From Eledone cirrhosa (taxonomy: Eukaryota), in NCBI GenBank assembly GCA_964016885.1, contig OZ024757.1:8494001-8558000 (forward strand): a stretch of DNA of 64,000 nucleotides, in the 5' to 3' direction. Under the pieces are notes generated by a model that searched no databases, was not told where the DNA came from, and was given only the letters and a program-made list of their open reading frames with translations. The first letter of the stretch is position 1, and every line of letters begins with the position of its first letter. Below, in pieces: positions 1 through 10,564 of this stretch. Position numbers and translations under genes: made by a program.

Positions 1-64
1 GTTCAACACGGAGTGTAGAAAAGTACACAGTATCTGCTGTGGTAACAATACAAATAATACGTAC

Positions 65-153
65 TTTATATTTCAAGTCCAAGTGTAAAGTCAAGAAAGA
101 CCAGGAAAGCTAATTGTTCAGATGTTGGTGATTTAGACCTATTTCTCACTGTC
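65..153 (-). other. Putative 89-nt non-coding (5' UTR) exon of a diverged zinc-finger gene paralogue running off the left edge
   Basis: The reverse complement reads cattttacag|GACAG...CTTGACTTTACACTTGGACTTGAAATATAAA|gtacgt. Length and splice signals match the copies at 9390, 17131 and 33400 despite internal divergence. Confidence 0.6.
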
Positions 154-721
154 CTGTAAAATGTGGAGCAACCAATTCACGATGTAGCGTAGTTTCTCAT
201 GAAATGAAATATTTAATCATGTAGGAGATGGAACACCTACCCTGGAACATGGAGCTCACTCTATGTTATCTACAGAATATTAACTTTCACCTTAACATGA
301 GATAATTGATACACAAGATATAATTAGATTAATTAAAGTTATAATTAAGATAGTAGGTACGTGGTGTTGTTGAAAATGTTCCCGCGCTCTTAAATAAAAC
401 CGGTGTCATACGTTAAAAGTCCCTGACCTAATTTAATACCTTTAGCCAGACCTTCAGTGACATCAATTCACTCCATCAATTGTATCCAACCCCTGGTAAA
501 ACAAGTAGCATCTCCCAGTGAAATATTTATTACGTATCAAGCAGGGAGTCTCCTACCTGGTTACTTGACTTGGTAGAAATAGCAGCCAAATACCACTATC
601 TACTGTCTTACAACAACAAAGACCATATTTTGCAGTTTACTCTCTCACACACGTATGTATATATATATATATATATGAGAATAAACGTGCTGTGTGGTTG
701 CTAATGGGTTACATATGAATA

Positions 722-819
722 AAGTTAGTCCATCATCAGTGATCTTCCAACCATCATTGGTATTTCATCGAGCGATGAAATACCAATGATGGTTGGAAGA
801 TCACTGATAAAGGACTAAC

Positions 820-821
<2 letters not shown>
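722..821. repeat. Near-perfect palindrome (49-bp arms, 2-nt loop) in a TA tract; possible Penelope-like inverted fragment
   Basis: aagttagtcc...tatttcatcg AG cgatgaaata...ggactaactt with 2 mismatches. The minus strand contains CTGATGA. Confidence 0.85.
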
Positions 822-888
<67 letters not shown>

Positions 889-1023
889 GATATGCCTCAT
901 ATGAAATAATACAGCCAATTTTCCAGCACCCCAAACGCTTAATTAGGAATATACTCACTTATTTCCTAATGTTTGTTGAGTGAGTTGGAATTTGGCCGGA
1001 GTATCGCTAAAAAGCTTTCTCCG

Positions 1024-1099
<76 letters not shown>
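822..1099. repeat. (TA)n microsatellites
   Basis: Two long TA runs separated by ~140 bp of imperfectly self-complementary sequence. Confidence 0.9.
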
Positions 1100-1103
<4 letters not shown>

Positions 1104-1104
1104 G

Positions 1105-2098
1105 GCACTACAACGGAATTGGCTGTCAGAAGTGAAAGTAGAAGAATGTGACGTCATTCGTCAACCTTCGTATATTTCCGTATCCCCACCACCACCATGT
1201 GTAAATAAATAAACTTTGAAATCACCTTGTTAATGCATAGTCATAGTTATAGAGTTAGAAAACAAATGAAGTTCAGGGGGCCAACACTACCGACTTTCTT
1301 AAACAAAAACAATTTAACGCGGGTAACTACAAGATAACCTTGTTTTGTAATACTGGTAGACATTGAAGAAAGTTTTCCCCATTGAGATTCTTTATGGATG
1401 GTTGATACTCAGCTGCCAGGAACACAGGAGGGAATTAGTATATAAAGTCCTTGACGATTGCTTGTGCCTTCCAAATATTTAAAATTCTCTATAATTTCCT
1501 TTTTATCAGGTCCCAAGCAGTAACACTTCGAATATTTCAATAAATATTAACCAGTTACTCCCGTTTTCGTTCTTTCTTTAATGTGGTAGAGTGTATAAGA
1601 TTTGCCTGCTATTTCTAGCAACTTCAATGACCACATAATTGGTTTGTAATTTTGTTTTAAAGTGTAAGGGTTTACACAGCCATTTATGAATTTCTCAGAG
1701 ATACGTTTACGATGAGATACACTTATTAAAAATACTTTCATTGCATAGTTCCGTTCGTAAAGGCTTTAATTTACTGTACTACTCGGGAACCTTTTAATAA
1801 CATACAGGATTAAGTCCATGTTTTAAAACCAATTAATGGTATCTGCTGTAGTAGGGGTAGCGATGGAAATATGGCGATGATTAACTCCACGCTGGGGTAT
1901 AATGTAGAATTCATATTATTCAACTTGCAAATACGTGTATTATCCCAAAGTGAAAAACCAAGTTTTACATCAACGTGGTGATTTCAAAGTTTATTTATTT
2001 ACACATGGTGGTGGTGGGGATACGGAAATAAACGAAGGTTGACGAATGACGTCACATTCTTCTACTTTCACTTCTGACAGCCAATTCCGTTGTAGTGC
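1105..2098. mobile_element. Non-autonomous DNA transposon with ~120-bp terminal inverted repeats
   Basis: GCACTACAACGGAATTGGCTGTCAG...TTTGAAATCACC at 1105-1227 is the reverse complement of ~1977-2098. A second copy starts at 8172. Confidence 0.85.
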
Positions 2099-2233
2099 GA
2101 TATATAAACATGATGGTCACGGCTGGAACAACTTTAATTATAGGTCTGCTCAATAATACTAACATGCGATTTAAATTGAGCAAAGGTGGAGTTGTCTCCC
2201 CTGGTACTTTACTACGCTACATTGTTTATATAT

Positions 2234-5200
2234 ATCATCATCATCATCATCTTCAGCATTATCATTTAACGTTCATTGTTATCACACCTGCATGGGTTAA
2301 ACAGGTTGTCACGTTATGAGACATGTCAGGTGTGGAGACCAGGTCTCATATGGATGTGTATTTTGGTTTGGTTTCTAAGGCTGGATGCCCTTCTTAACAC
2401 GAAACACGTTACAATGTGGACTGCACACTTTTGTATGACCACCTTACAGGATGAACTGGGTGTTTTTATTGTTGTAGCATCAACGAGGTGTGTGGGATAT
2501 TTAGCAGGTGAGGGTAGGGTCTTATGAATAGGGAGGGGTGTTGAGAAGATGGGTGAAGACTAGTGTGTTCTCTACATGTTTGTTTTATTTGAATTTCAGC
2601 ACATGGGAGGGGGGGGGGTCTTCTACATTACAGCATGACGCCAGAGGTCTCGATCCTGTGACATTTCCATTGAGAGGTTTAATTGGGCAAGGTGAACTTT
2701 TATTATTTCATCCCAAGCTTTCCTAGGTCTTCCCCTTTCATAGTTAACATCGACTTTGACAACCCTGTCCTTTTTATACAGCTGTCATATACATCACATG
2801 TCCAAACCACCACCATCTCCTCCCCTCTACACTGTATCTGACCTCTCTTATACCTAGTTTCTCTCTCAGTTTATTAATGCTTGTTGTTCATGCACACCAT
2901 TACACCTCTATCAGATCCTGTAAACTTCATTTCTTTCCAGTCTTTATAGGTCCTCTGAATATATTGCCCTGGTCTCACTTCAATGTAACATTGCTGTTTG
3001 TACACAGACTTCATACAATCTGCCTTTCGCTTTCAGGGGAAATCATTTTGTAGGCAGCAGTAGTAGTAGCCCCCTAAACTGCTTCCATCCCATTCTCACT
3101 CAGGCTACTGTACCTTCAGAACACCCACCTCCACTGTTAATTTGGTCATCTAGTTAACAGAAATTATGAACCGGTTTCTACAGAGCCTTCTGGACATTTA
3201 ACCCTTTAGCATTTAAACCAGCCACACCTAGCCAGAATACTCTCACATTTTTCTGTTCGAACCGACCATAACTGGCCACTCATACCGACATTAAGGTATT
3301 GTTCTCAATATAAATATCAAAATCTCATAGATTCGATATAAAGTGATATAATTATGTAAGATAAAGCCTTTACCACAAAAATACAATAGAATATATAGAG
3401 TAATGTAAATGCTGAAGGGTTAAAGTAGCTTATTTTTTTGTGAGCTGTTGCTACTTATTGCTCTTGTGCATCAAGCACATACACAACTTACATTCTTTTG
3501 CAAACCTCACTGAGATCCAATGTACATCTCTTGTTTATCCATAGTTTGGAATTTCTACCTACTCCTTTCATTTAGACTGAGCTAGGCCATTTCCTTGAGG
3601 GGATATACACCCTGTTTTCCTTTCTATTTTGCCAAGTTAACTTTAAGACATTTTCATTCTAGGCCATGCTTACAGGTTTGGAATTTCTCCTCTAATTTTA
3701 CCATAGATTAAGTGACATGGGTTCAATCATGTGCATAGAAGAGTTCCCATGGACAGCCAGTCTTAAACTCTTATATAATAGCCTGCAGGATGAAAATAAA
3801 CAGAAGAGGGTTAATAACAGAGCCCTGATAGACTTGCTCACTCAACTCCTCACTATAGCCATCATTACTTTTAACCTTACTGACTGCTCCTCCATACATG
3901 GCTTTTACTGCTCTCACAAGCCACTCATATATCCCTAGTTTTCTAAGTTACACACCAGATTATGGAACGGGGAAGTCTCACAAAAGCTCTCTCTGGGTCA
4001 ACAAATGCCAAGTAGAGGGGCTTATTTTAGCTAGGTACTGCTCTTGCAGTTGCCACACAAGGAAGAGGACATCAGTGGTACTTTGACCTGGCACAAATCC
4101 TTCATCTCATCTAGGTTAACTTGGTCCCTAATCAGCTGTGTTATAACTCTAACACCTTCATGAACTGGTCCATCTAATGTCTCTATAGTTTTCTAGCTCT
4201 AGTACATCTCCTTTGCCCTTGTAGCAGTTGATGATGATGATACTACACCATTTATTTGGTATGACACCATTGTGTATTACTTGCTTTACGATACCAGTGG
4301 TTAAGATGTGACCCACCATCCCAGATACTTTCAGTATCTCAGCAACTATCACCAATGGACAAGATACTTTCTCTGTCTTCATATCCTTAATTACCTTACT
4401 ACGCTACTGCTTACTTGTATGGCTGGACCCTCTGTTGGGCCCACTTTCTGTAGACTATCTCCCTCCCATGCATTCTCCTCATTCAGTAATCTTTCATAAA
4501 GGCATTTCCATGTTACAAAGGATGGCTGAAAAGTTTATGACTATCAATGATAGCATGATGCTAGAGCTGTGAAATCTTGCCTGCACTAATTTCAACTCTT
4601 CTTATTAACAACTGCATTGTTTCCCTCCAGGGACTATGTTGAAATATAAACCTCCTTTGGTCATTCCATGAGAGTATCTTGGTCTGCCTATGAACTTTTC
4701 AGCTGACCCTATTCAGTGTCAGTGAGGGCAACTGCCCCATTATCATCCTGGACACACTTTACCCCAACATCACAATTTTCCCTCACACACTGCCTCACAA
4801 TCCTGAACATCTCATGTATTTCATCCTCACATCATAAAACCAGCTGAAATTATATATTCTCTGCTTCCCTCCTTGCAAAGAATACTTCTTGCCTAGCTTC
4901 CTGGTAGTGTACCCTCCAGCTTCCCCCATTCTGCCATTATTCCATGCCTGTCTCTTGGCCTTAACTGTCTCATCTACCCTAGTGTTTCACCACCAAGATA
5001 CTCTCCTTCTCTCTGAAGCCCTGCTCCAGCCACAGATCTATTTTGATACCTTCAGCAAAGTTTCTTTCAGGAACTCCCACTGTTCCCCTATATTGTATGT
5101 TTCTATTTGTCCTTCCTTACTGTTGTAAAGATCAAACAAAATATCTCTAAATTTGGAAATGGCTGAGGGGTCCTTCAACTTCCATATCCCTCTCCTCCAG

Positions 5201-5390
5201 GTTGCCCTCAGTCTTCAAGTTAATCTAAGTCTATGAAATCACTAACTACTGGGTTATGTTGGGAGGTGCATTCTTCCCCAGGGGGTGGGGATTGTGTGTT
5301 TACAAATGTCACTATCTCATCTTCTGGTGAGGATAAAAATCTGACTGGCATGCTCACCTGATCAATAGGTGTTGAAGTGGTTGTCGGGTA
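2234..5390 (-). mobile_element. Old degenerate RTE-clade LINE
   Basis: (CAT)n tail at the left end. Broken minus-strand ORFs match the RTE ORF (IINCYKGKGDVLE, CPWELF). Many stops and frameshifts. Confidence 0.85.
3202..3419. mobile_element. piggyBac-type MITE nested in the RTE relic
   Basis: TTAA|CCCTTTAGCATTTA ... TAAATGCTGAAGGG|TTAA. A related copy lies at 55911-56119. Confidence 0.8.
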
Positions 5391-5424
5391 AACGTTAAGA
5401 CCCTCTGATATACATATATATATA

Positions 5425-5888
5425 CTAGCAGTGGTACCCGGCGTTGCACGGGATAACGTATTTTGGAACGCGGGCCACCATCTTCCACTTCAGCCGGTCG
5501 TCCTAAAGGGTTGGCTATTCAGTCTACTTGAGGCCATCTGGTGAGGGGGGTAAAGCTTTTAGTGTGCTACTACCCTCACGGTCAAATAGAAAGGGAGAGG
5601 AAGATAAGTCAGCGTTAATATCATGCTACACGAAAAAAGACAGAAAGAAAGGGGAAGAAAATGAAGAAGAAGAAAAGTCAGCGTTAATGTCGAGCTACAA
5701 GAAGAAAGGCAGAAAGAAAGAGGAAGAGAAGTCCGTACTAATGTCAAGCTAGTCAGGCGAGGAGTGGCGCGAAAAAATGTTATTCTAAAGGACCCGTATC
5801 TTAACAGAGGTAAATATAGTGGGGGTCTGCATATTACAATGTGTGAGCAGAAGATTGGAATGTTAAATTTGTGTTTAGATTTATAGGA
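5425..5888 (-). mobile_element. Non-autonomous Helitron
   Basis: The minus strand ends CCCGTGCAACGCCGGG (hairpin)-TACCACTG-CTAG|T. Candidate 5' end A|TCCTATAAATCT at 5888. Internal purine-rich ~50-70-bp repeats. Confidence 0.7.
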
Positions 5889-6197
5889 TGAAGTTACAAA
5901 AATTTAATATTTAATATTAACATTATAAACTTTAAGAAATTAGAAAATTGAAAATTAAACAGTTTAAAATTTGTGAGGTTTAAGTAAAGAAAGAGTCTTT
6001 TATGAAGAAACTTAAATTGTATTATAGAGTAAAGATTATGTCTTTGTTTAGCAGTCAAACAGCATGCGGCGACTTCAGGCTCCGTCGGCCCAACCTTACC
6101 CCGTGTCAGCCCTTCCGAGTGATATCGCCTAGCGAAAGATACGGAAATCAATTTTTCCAAGCACTCTAGGAAGGTATAACAGGCTTCAGGTGCGCCA

Positions 6198-6823
6198 AGA
6201 CAATAGGGTTTGCCAGTCTCTATTTAAGAATAAATCAAGAAAATAAATACAAACCGATTTGAACACATATATGTATATATCTGAGTTCGTTTTTCTTTTA
6301 TATTCAATTATAATATACGGCTCGGAAAAATCTCTTTCTTAGAGGTATTTTATTGTAAGAGACTATTTTGAGTTCCTAACTCAATATATACCTTTGATAT
6401 ATTCGGCTCCGTTAATTTGTTGAGCTATTTCAAATGTCGCATAAACCTGGCTGCTATTTTTAGTGGTGTAAGTTTGTTAGACACGCTAAGATACCATGTG
6501 CGTTGTTATATATAGCACACTATTCAGTTACTTAATATACTTAGAAGTGTCTAGGATACTAATTCATCACCCACTGATGAGCAAGAATTGGTATTTCTAT
6601 TCACAATTAATATTGCGAAACAGCACCAAGAGCTGTCTGGGTGATTGGTAGTTACCACAATTCCGGTTTGTATTTATTTTCTTGATTTATTCTTAAATTG
6701 AGACAGGCAAACCCTATTGTCTATAGTTAGTATTCTTTTCACCTTAGTGAATCTGGCCCCTTGCGATTTGAACACATATATGTATATATCTGTGTTCGGT
6801 TTTCTTTTATATTCTATTATAAT
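6198..6823 (+). mobile_element. Hammerhead-bearing Penelope-like pLTR or retrozyme-like unit
   Basis: ~60-bp direct repeat at 6255 and 6764 (period 509), a 59-bp inverted repeat at 6198-6256/6664-6722, an internal hammerhead, and an end in a CA/TA microsatellite. Confidence 0.7.
6566..6645 (+). ncRNA. Type I hammerhead ribozyme
   Basis: Stem I ATCACCCA/TGGGTGAT (8 bp), core CTGATGA, stem II GCAA...TTGC, GAAA, stem III ACAGC-accaaga-GCTGT. GUC cleavage triplet, cut after C6637. Confidence 0.9.
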
Positions 6824-6847
6824 TACACACACACACACACACACACG

Positions 6848-6885
<38 letters not shown>

Positions 6886-6886
<1 letters not shown>

Positions 6887-6994
6887 AAAAAGTATGATCC
6901 CGACGGCAGAGCTCAAGCCGTTTCGACGGCTACTTCGAGTCCAGAAATAGCCGTCGAAACGGCTTGAGCTCTGCCGTCGGGGTCATACTTTTTC
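6886..6994. repeat. Palindrome (~47-bp arms) containing the 3' half of a hammerhead ribozyme
   Basis: Arms at 6886-6932 and 6948-6994. The right arm reads GCCGTC-GAAAC-GGC-ttgagctct-GCC-GTC-GGGGTC. There is no CTGANGA half. Confidence 0.8.
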
Positions 6995-7739
6995 ATATTT
7001 CCCACTCTACTACTCTACGTATTGAGTACTCTGGTGCGTTATGGTCCACCTGGTTCCTTACCACACTTCCTTTGTTATATATATAATTAAATATATATAT
7101 ATATAGAGAGAGAGGGGGGGGCGAGAGAGAGAGAGATAGAGATAGAGAGAGAGAGAGAGAGAGAGAGTAGACAGACAATGACAAACAGACAGAATCAGTA
7201 TTTCATTTATGGACCTCAAAATATAGAAGCAGCTTCACCTCAGTGGGATTTTTACTCTGAGAGCTAGAGCAGACACTGAACATATATCCAGATGTGCACA
7301 CATCTATATAAGAACACATATATAAATATACACATATGTACACACATATACACATATTTATACACACCTAATTATACTCACATATAGATATACATATACA
7401 CAAATGAAGATACAATCATTTTTCGCATGTGGAGCGTACTTCATCTTTATACTGTATATGTGTGTGTGTATATATGTGTATATTTATCAGTGTATATGTG
7501 TATATTTATGATTGTATGTATGTACGTATTTGTATGAGTGGCCGTATGTATGTATGTCTAAGTTTGTGTCTACGTGCGCTTATATGTATGTGTATACGCA
7601 TGTATATGCGTATTTGTGTGTATATATATATATGGATATGTGTGTGTATGTGTATTTATATATATATATTTGACGTTATAGTCACTTATATATTATGGAA
7701 TACTGTTGGCTTCTTGCTACAATAATTTCTATACTTTTC

Positions 7740-7817
<78 letters not shown>

Positions 7818-8025
7818 ATGTAGTATAACAATAAAATGTTAAAGGTAATCCGATAAGAGTCTACGAAAACGTCTCATGGACAGTTTAAGCACACGGTAGT
7901 ATGGGACTCAACAAGATGTTTACTTTGGGGACAATTGTGCTTGTCTTCCTATGTAAATATATCTTGGAGTAATAACAAAGTTAAGAATAACATGGTTGAC
8001 AAAACAATCAAGGGTATTTAATTAT

Positions 8026-8130
8026 AGTCTTACAATTGTTTCCATGGTGGAATTGTCTATAAATTGCTAATACTGGAGAAGTATAAATCAACTTACAATA
8101 CATTTAAATCAAACCATTTCATCAGAAACT
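8026..8130 (-). ncRNA. Minimal (Penelope-type) hammerhead ribozyme, probably slightly degenerate
   Basis: Minus strand: AGTTT-CTGATGA-a-ATGGT...ACCAT-g-GAAAC-AATT-GTA-AGACT. Stem III is palindromic (CAATTG); the stem II closing pair is mismatched. Confidence 0.6.
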
Positions 8131-8171
8131 CTTAATAAATATAAAATATATGCGTAACGGTAAACTTAAAA

Positions 8172-9185
8172 GCACTACAACGGAATTGGCTGTCAGAAGT
8201 GAAAGTAGAAGAATGTGACGTCATTCGTCAACCTTCGTTTATTTCCGTATCACCACGAGTTTATTAATGTTTATTTACGTTAGCGTAGTAATCAATGAAA
8301 ATATATATATTTCGCTCTGTATATCAAATTAGACAACAAGTTAGCGTGATCGATTTGTTTTCAAATGAAAATATATATATATATTTCAAAAATATTTCAA
8401 TAGCATGGATACAGTAAAGTGAGTAGATTTGCAAACACATCGATTACGCTAACACCACCAATGCAGACTCTCACACAATCCCCACCACCGCCATGTGTAA
8501 ATAAATAAACTTTGAAATCACCACGTTCATGTAAAACTTGGTTTTTCACTTTGGGATAATACACGTATTTGCAAGTTGAAAAATATGAATTCTACATTAT
8601 ACCCCAGGGTGGATTTAATCATCGCCATATTTCCATCGCTACCCCTACTACAGCAGATACCATTAATTGGTTGAAAAACATGGACTTAATCCTGTATGTT
8701 ATTAAAAGGTTCCCGAGTAGTACAGTAAATTAAAGCCTTTACAAACGGAACTATGCAATGAAAGTATTTAATAAGTGTATCTCATCGTAAACGTATCTCT
8801 TAGAAATTCATAAATGGCTGTGTAAACCCTTACACTTTAAAACAAAATTACAAACCAATTATGTGGTCATTGAAGTTACTAGAAATAGCAGGCACATCTT
8901 ATACCCTCTGCCACATCCTGTGTTCCTGGCAGCTGAGTATCAACCATCCATAAAGAATCTTCAATGTCTGCCAGTATTACAGAACAAGCTTATCTTGTAG
9001 TTACCCGCGTTAATTTGTTTTTTGTTAAGAAAGTTTTCTAATTTTATAACTATGACTATGAAATAAAATGCGTGGAGATATGGAAACAAATCGATTACGC
9101 TCAACGTAAATAAACATAAATAAGTTGCAAATACGTGTATTATCCCAAAGTGAAAAACCAAGTTTTGCATCAACGTGGTGATGCA
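8172..9185. mobile_element. Second, inverted and rearranged copy of the 1105-2098 DNA transposon
   Basis: Same TIR start. 8481-9060 is the reverse complement of most of 1230-2020, with extra inverted segments and a truncated right TIR. Confidence 0.85.
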
Positions 9186-9254
9186 TCAACGCTGGAAGAT
9201 CCCACTCAGGATGAGAGAGCAGCCCGGGTGCCGGTAGCCGATGCCCTCGCTTCC

Positions 9255-9735
9255 TCTTTTATGGTGATTATTTCATATTAAGGTGGACGTTAATGTTTGT
9301 AAATAACATAAGGTGACTTATTTACCTTATAGTTGTTGTTTTATCACCTGTATTATTAAATATTGAAGTGGTTGTTCAACATTTTACAGGACAGGAAAAT
9401 ATTATTTTAATCAGAAATCAGTGAACATTTAGTTTTTACTAACTTTTCTTGACTTTATATTTGGTCTTGACAACTAAAGTACATATTATTTCCTTTTCCA
9501 CCACAACACAAACATTGTGAACTTTTCTATCTGAAGTGAAATATCTTGATTTATTACAACACCTACACACATATTTCTACACACACACACACAAATTTCT
9601 ATACACACACACATCTCTCTAACCCCCCCCCCCCATCTCTCACACTCTCTCTCTCTCTCTGATTGAATTATTCATATATATAATATACGCTCGAATTTTC
9701 TTCGTCAAAAATCAGTCTTATGTTGTCATATATTT
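9255..9735 (+). pseudogene. Zinc-finger gene relic: 5' non-coding exon (9390-9478) and intron start, coding exon deleted
   Basis: Nearly identical to ~16995-17310 and ~33265-33590. It then joins directly to sequence that follows the ZNF gene elsewhere (compare ~36240). Confidence 0.7.
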
Positions 9736-10527
9736 CCATTCATGGTTGATAAAAAACAATACCAGTCTACCACTGGGGTCTGTTCTTCCTCTCTATATTT
9801 CTATCTCACTTCCTCTCGCTCATTCTCTCTCCTTCTCTAGAAGAAATAAACTGTACAAACCTGTAGCGTGAAGGGCTCCACCAAGCTTCAAATGTCCACA
9901 GTGACATTCTTATGACTCCATCATTAAAAAACAAAACAAAAGAATTATGTGTTTATTTTGTAAACCTTAATTGGTTTATATCTGACAAAATATCCACATG
10001 TGTAAATAAAACCAATTCTATAACTTTAATATTTGTTGGATGGTACTTTCATGACAGTTGAAATTATGACTTTTTAAAAAAAAATAATTCACATTTGAAA
10101 ATACTTTACAACTTTCTTCTCTTTTTCTTCACCCATTTATTTCTGAGTGGGTTGTAGGGGGTAGAGTCCTCACACACCCCTTATCAGTCCAATGTTTGTA
10201 AAATGTCCTCTATACACTACACTCACACAACAACACATCACTCTGCACACACACACCACATCAAAACACCACAATATACACCCCATCCCACACAACAGAC
10301 ACACATCATACCACACCACACCACATCCAACACATACCACACCACAACACAACACATACAAACCAGGTAGTTATACCAACCCAGTATCTTGGTTTTAGTG
10401 ATATTTTTGTAATGAATCCCAACATCCCTGACCTTAGAGTGGACATTAAATGATGAGCTGTGACATCATTGGTGTCAACCTGTTTCAGCCATACCTTTGG
10501 ACAACAATGTATAGATATATAGAAATC

Positions 10528-10536
<9 letters not shown>

Positions 10537-10564
<28 letters not shown>

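Noticed and set aside
1105-1115. CACTA-superfamily assignment from the CACTACAA terminus
   Set aside because: All three observed ends include an extra conserved G and no 2-3-bp TSD is seen.
5528-5752. Lys/Glu-rich 74-aa ORF
   Set aside because: Internal purine-rich tandem repeat of the Helitron.
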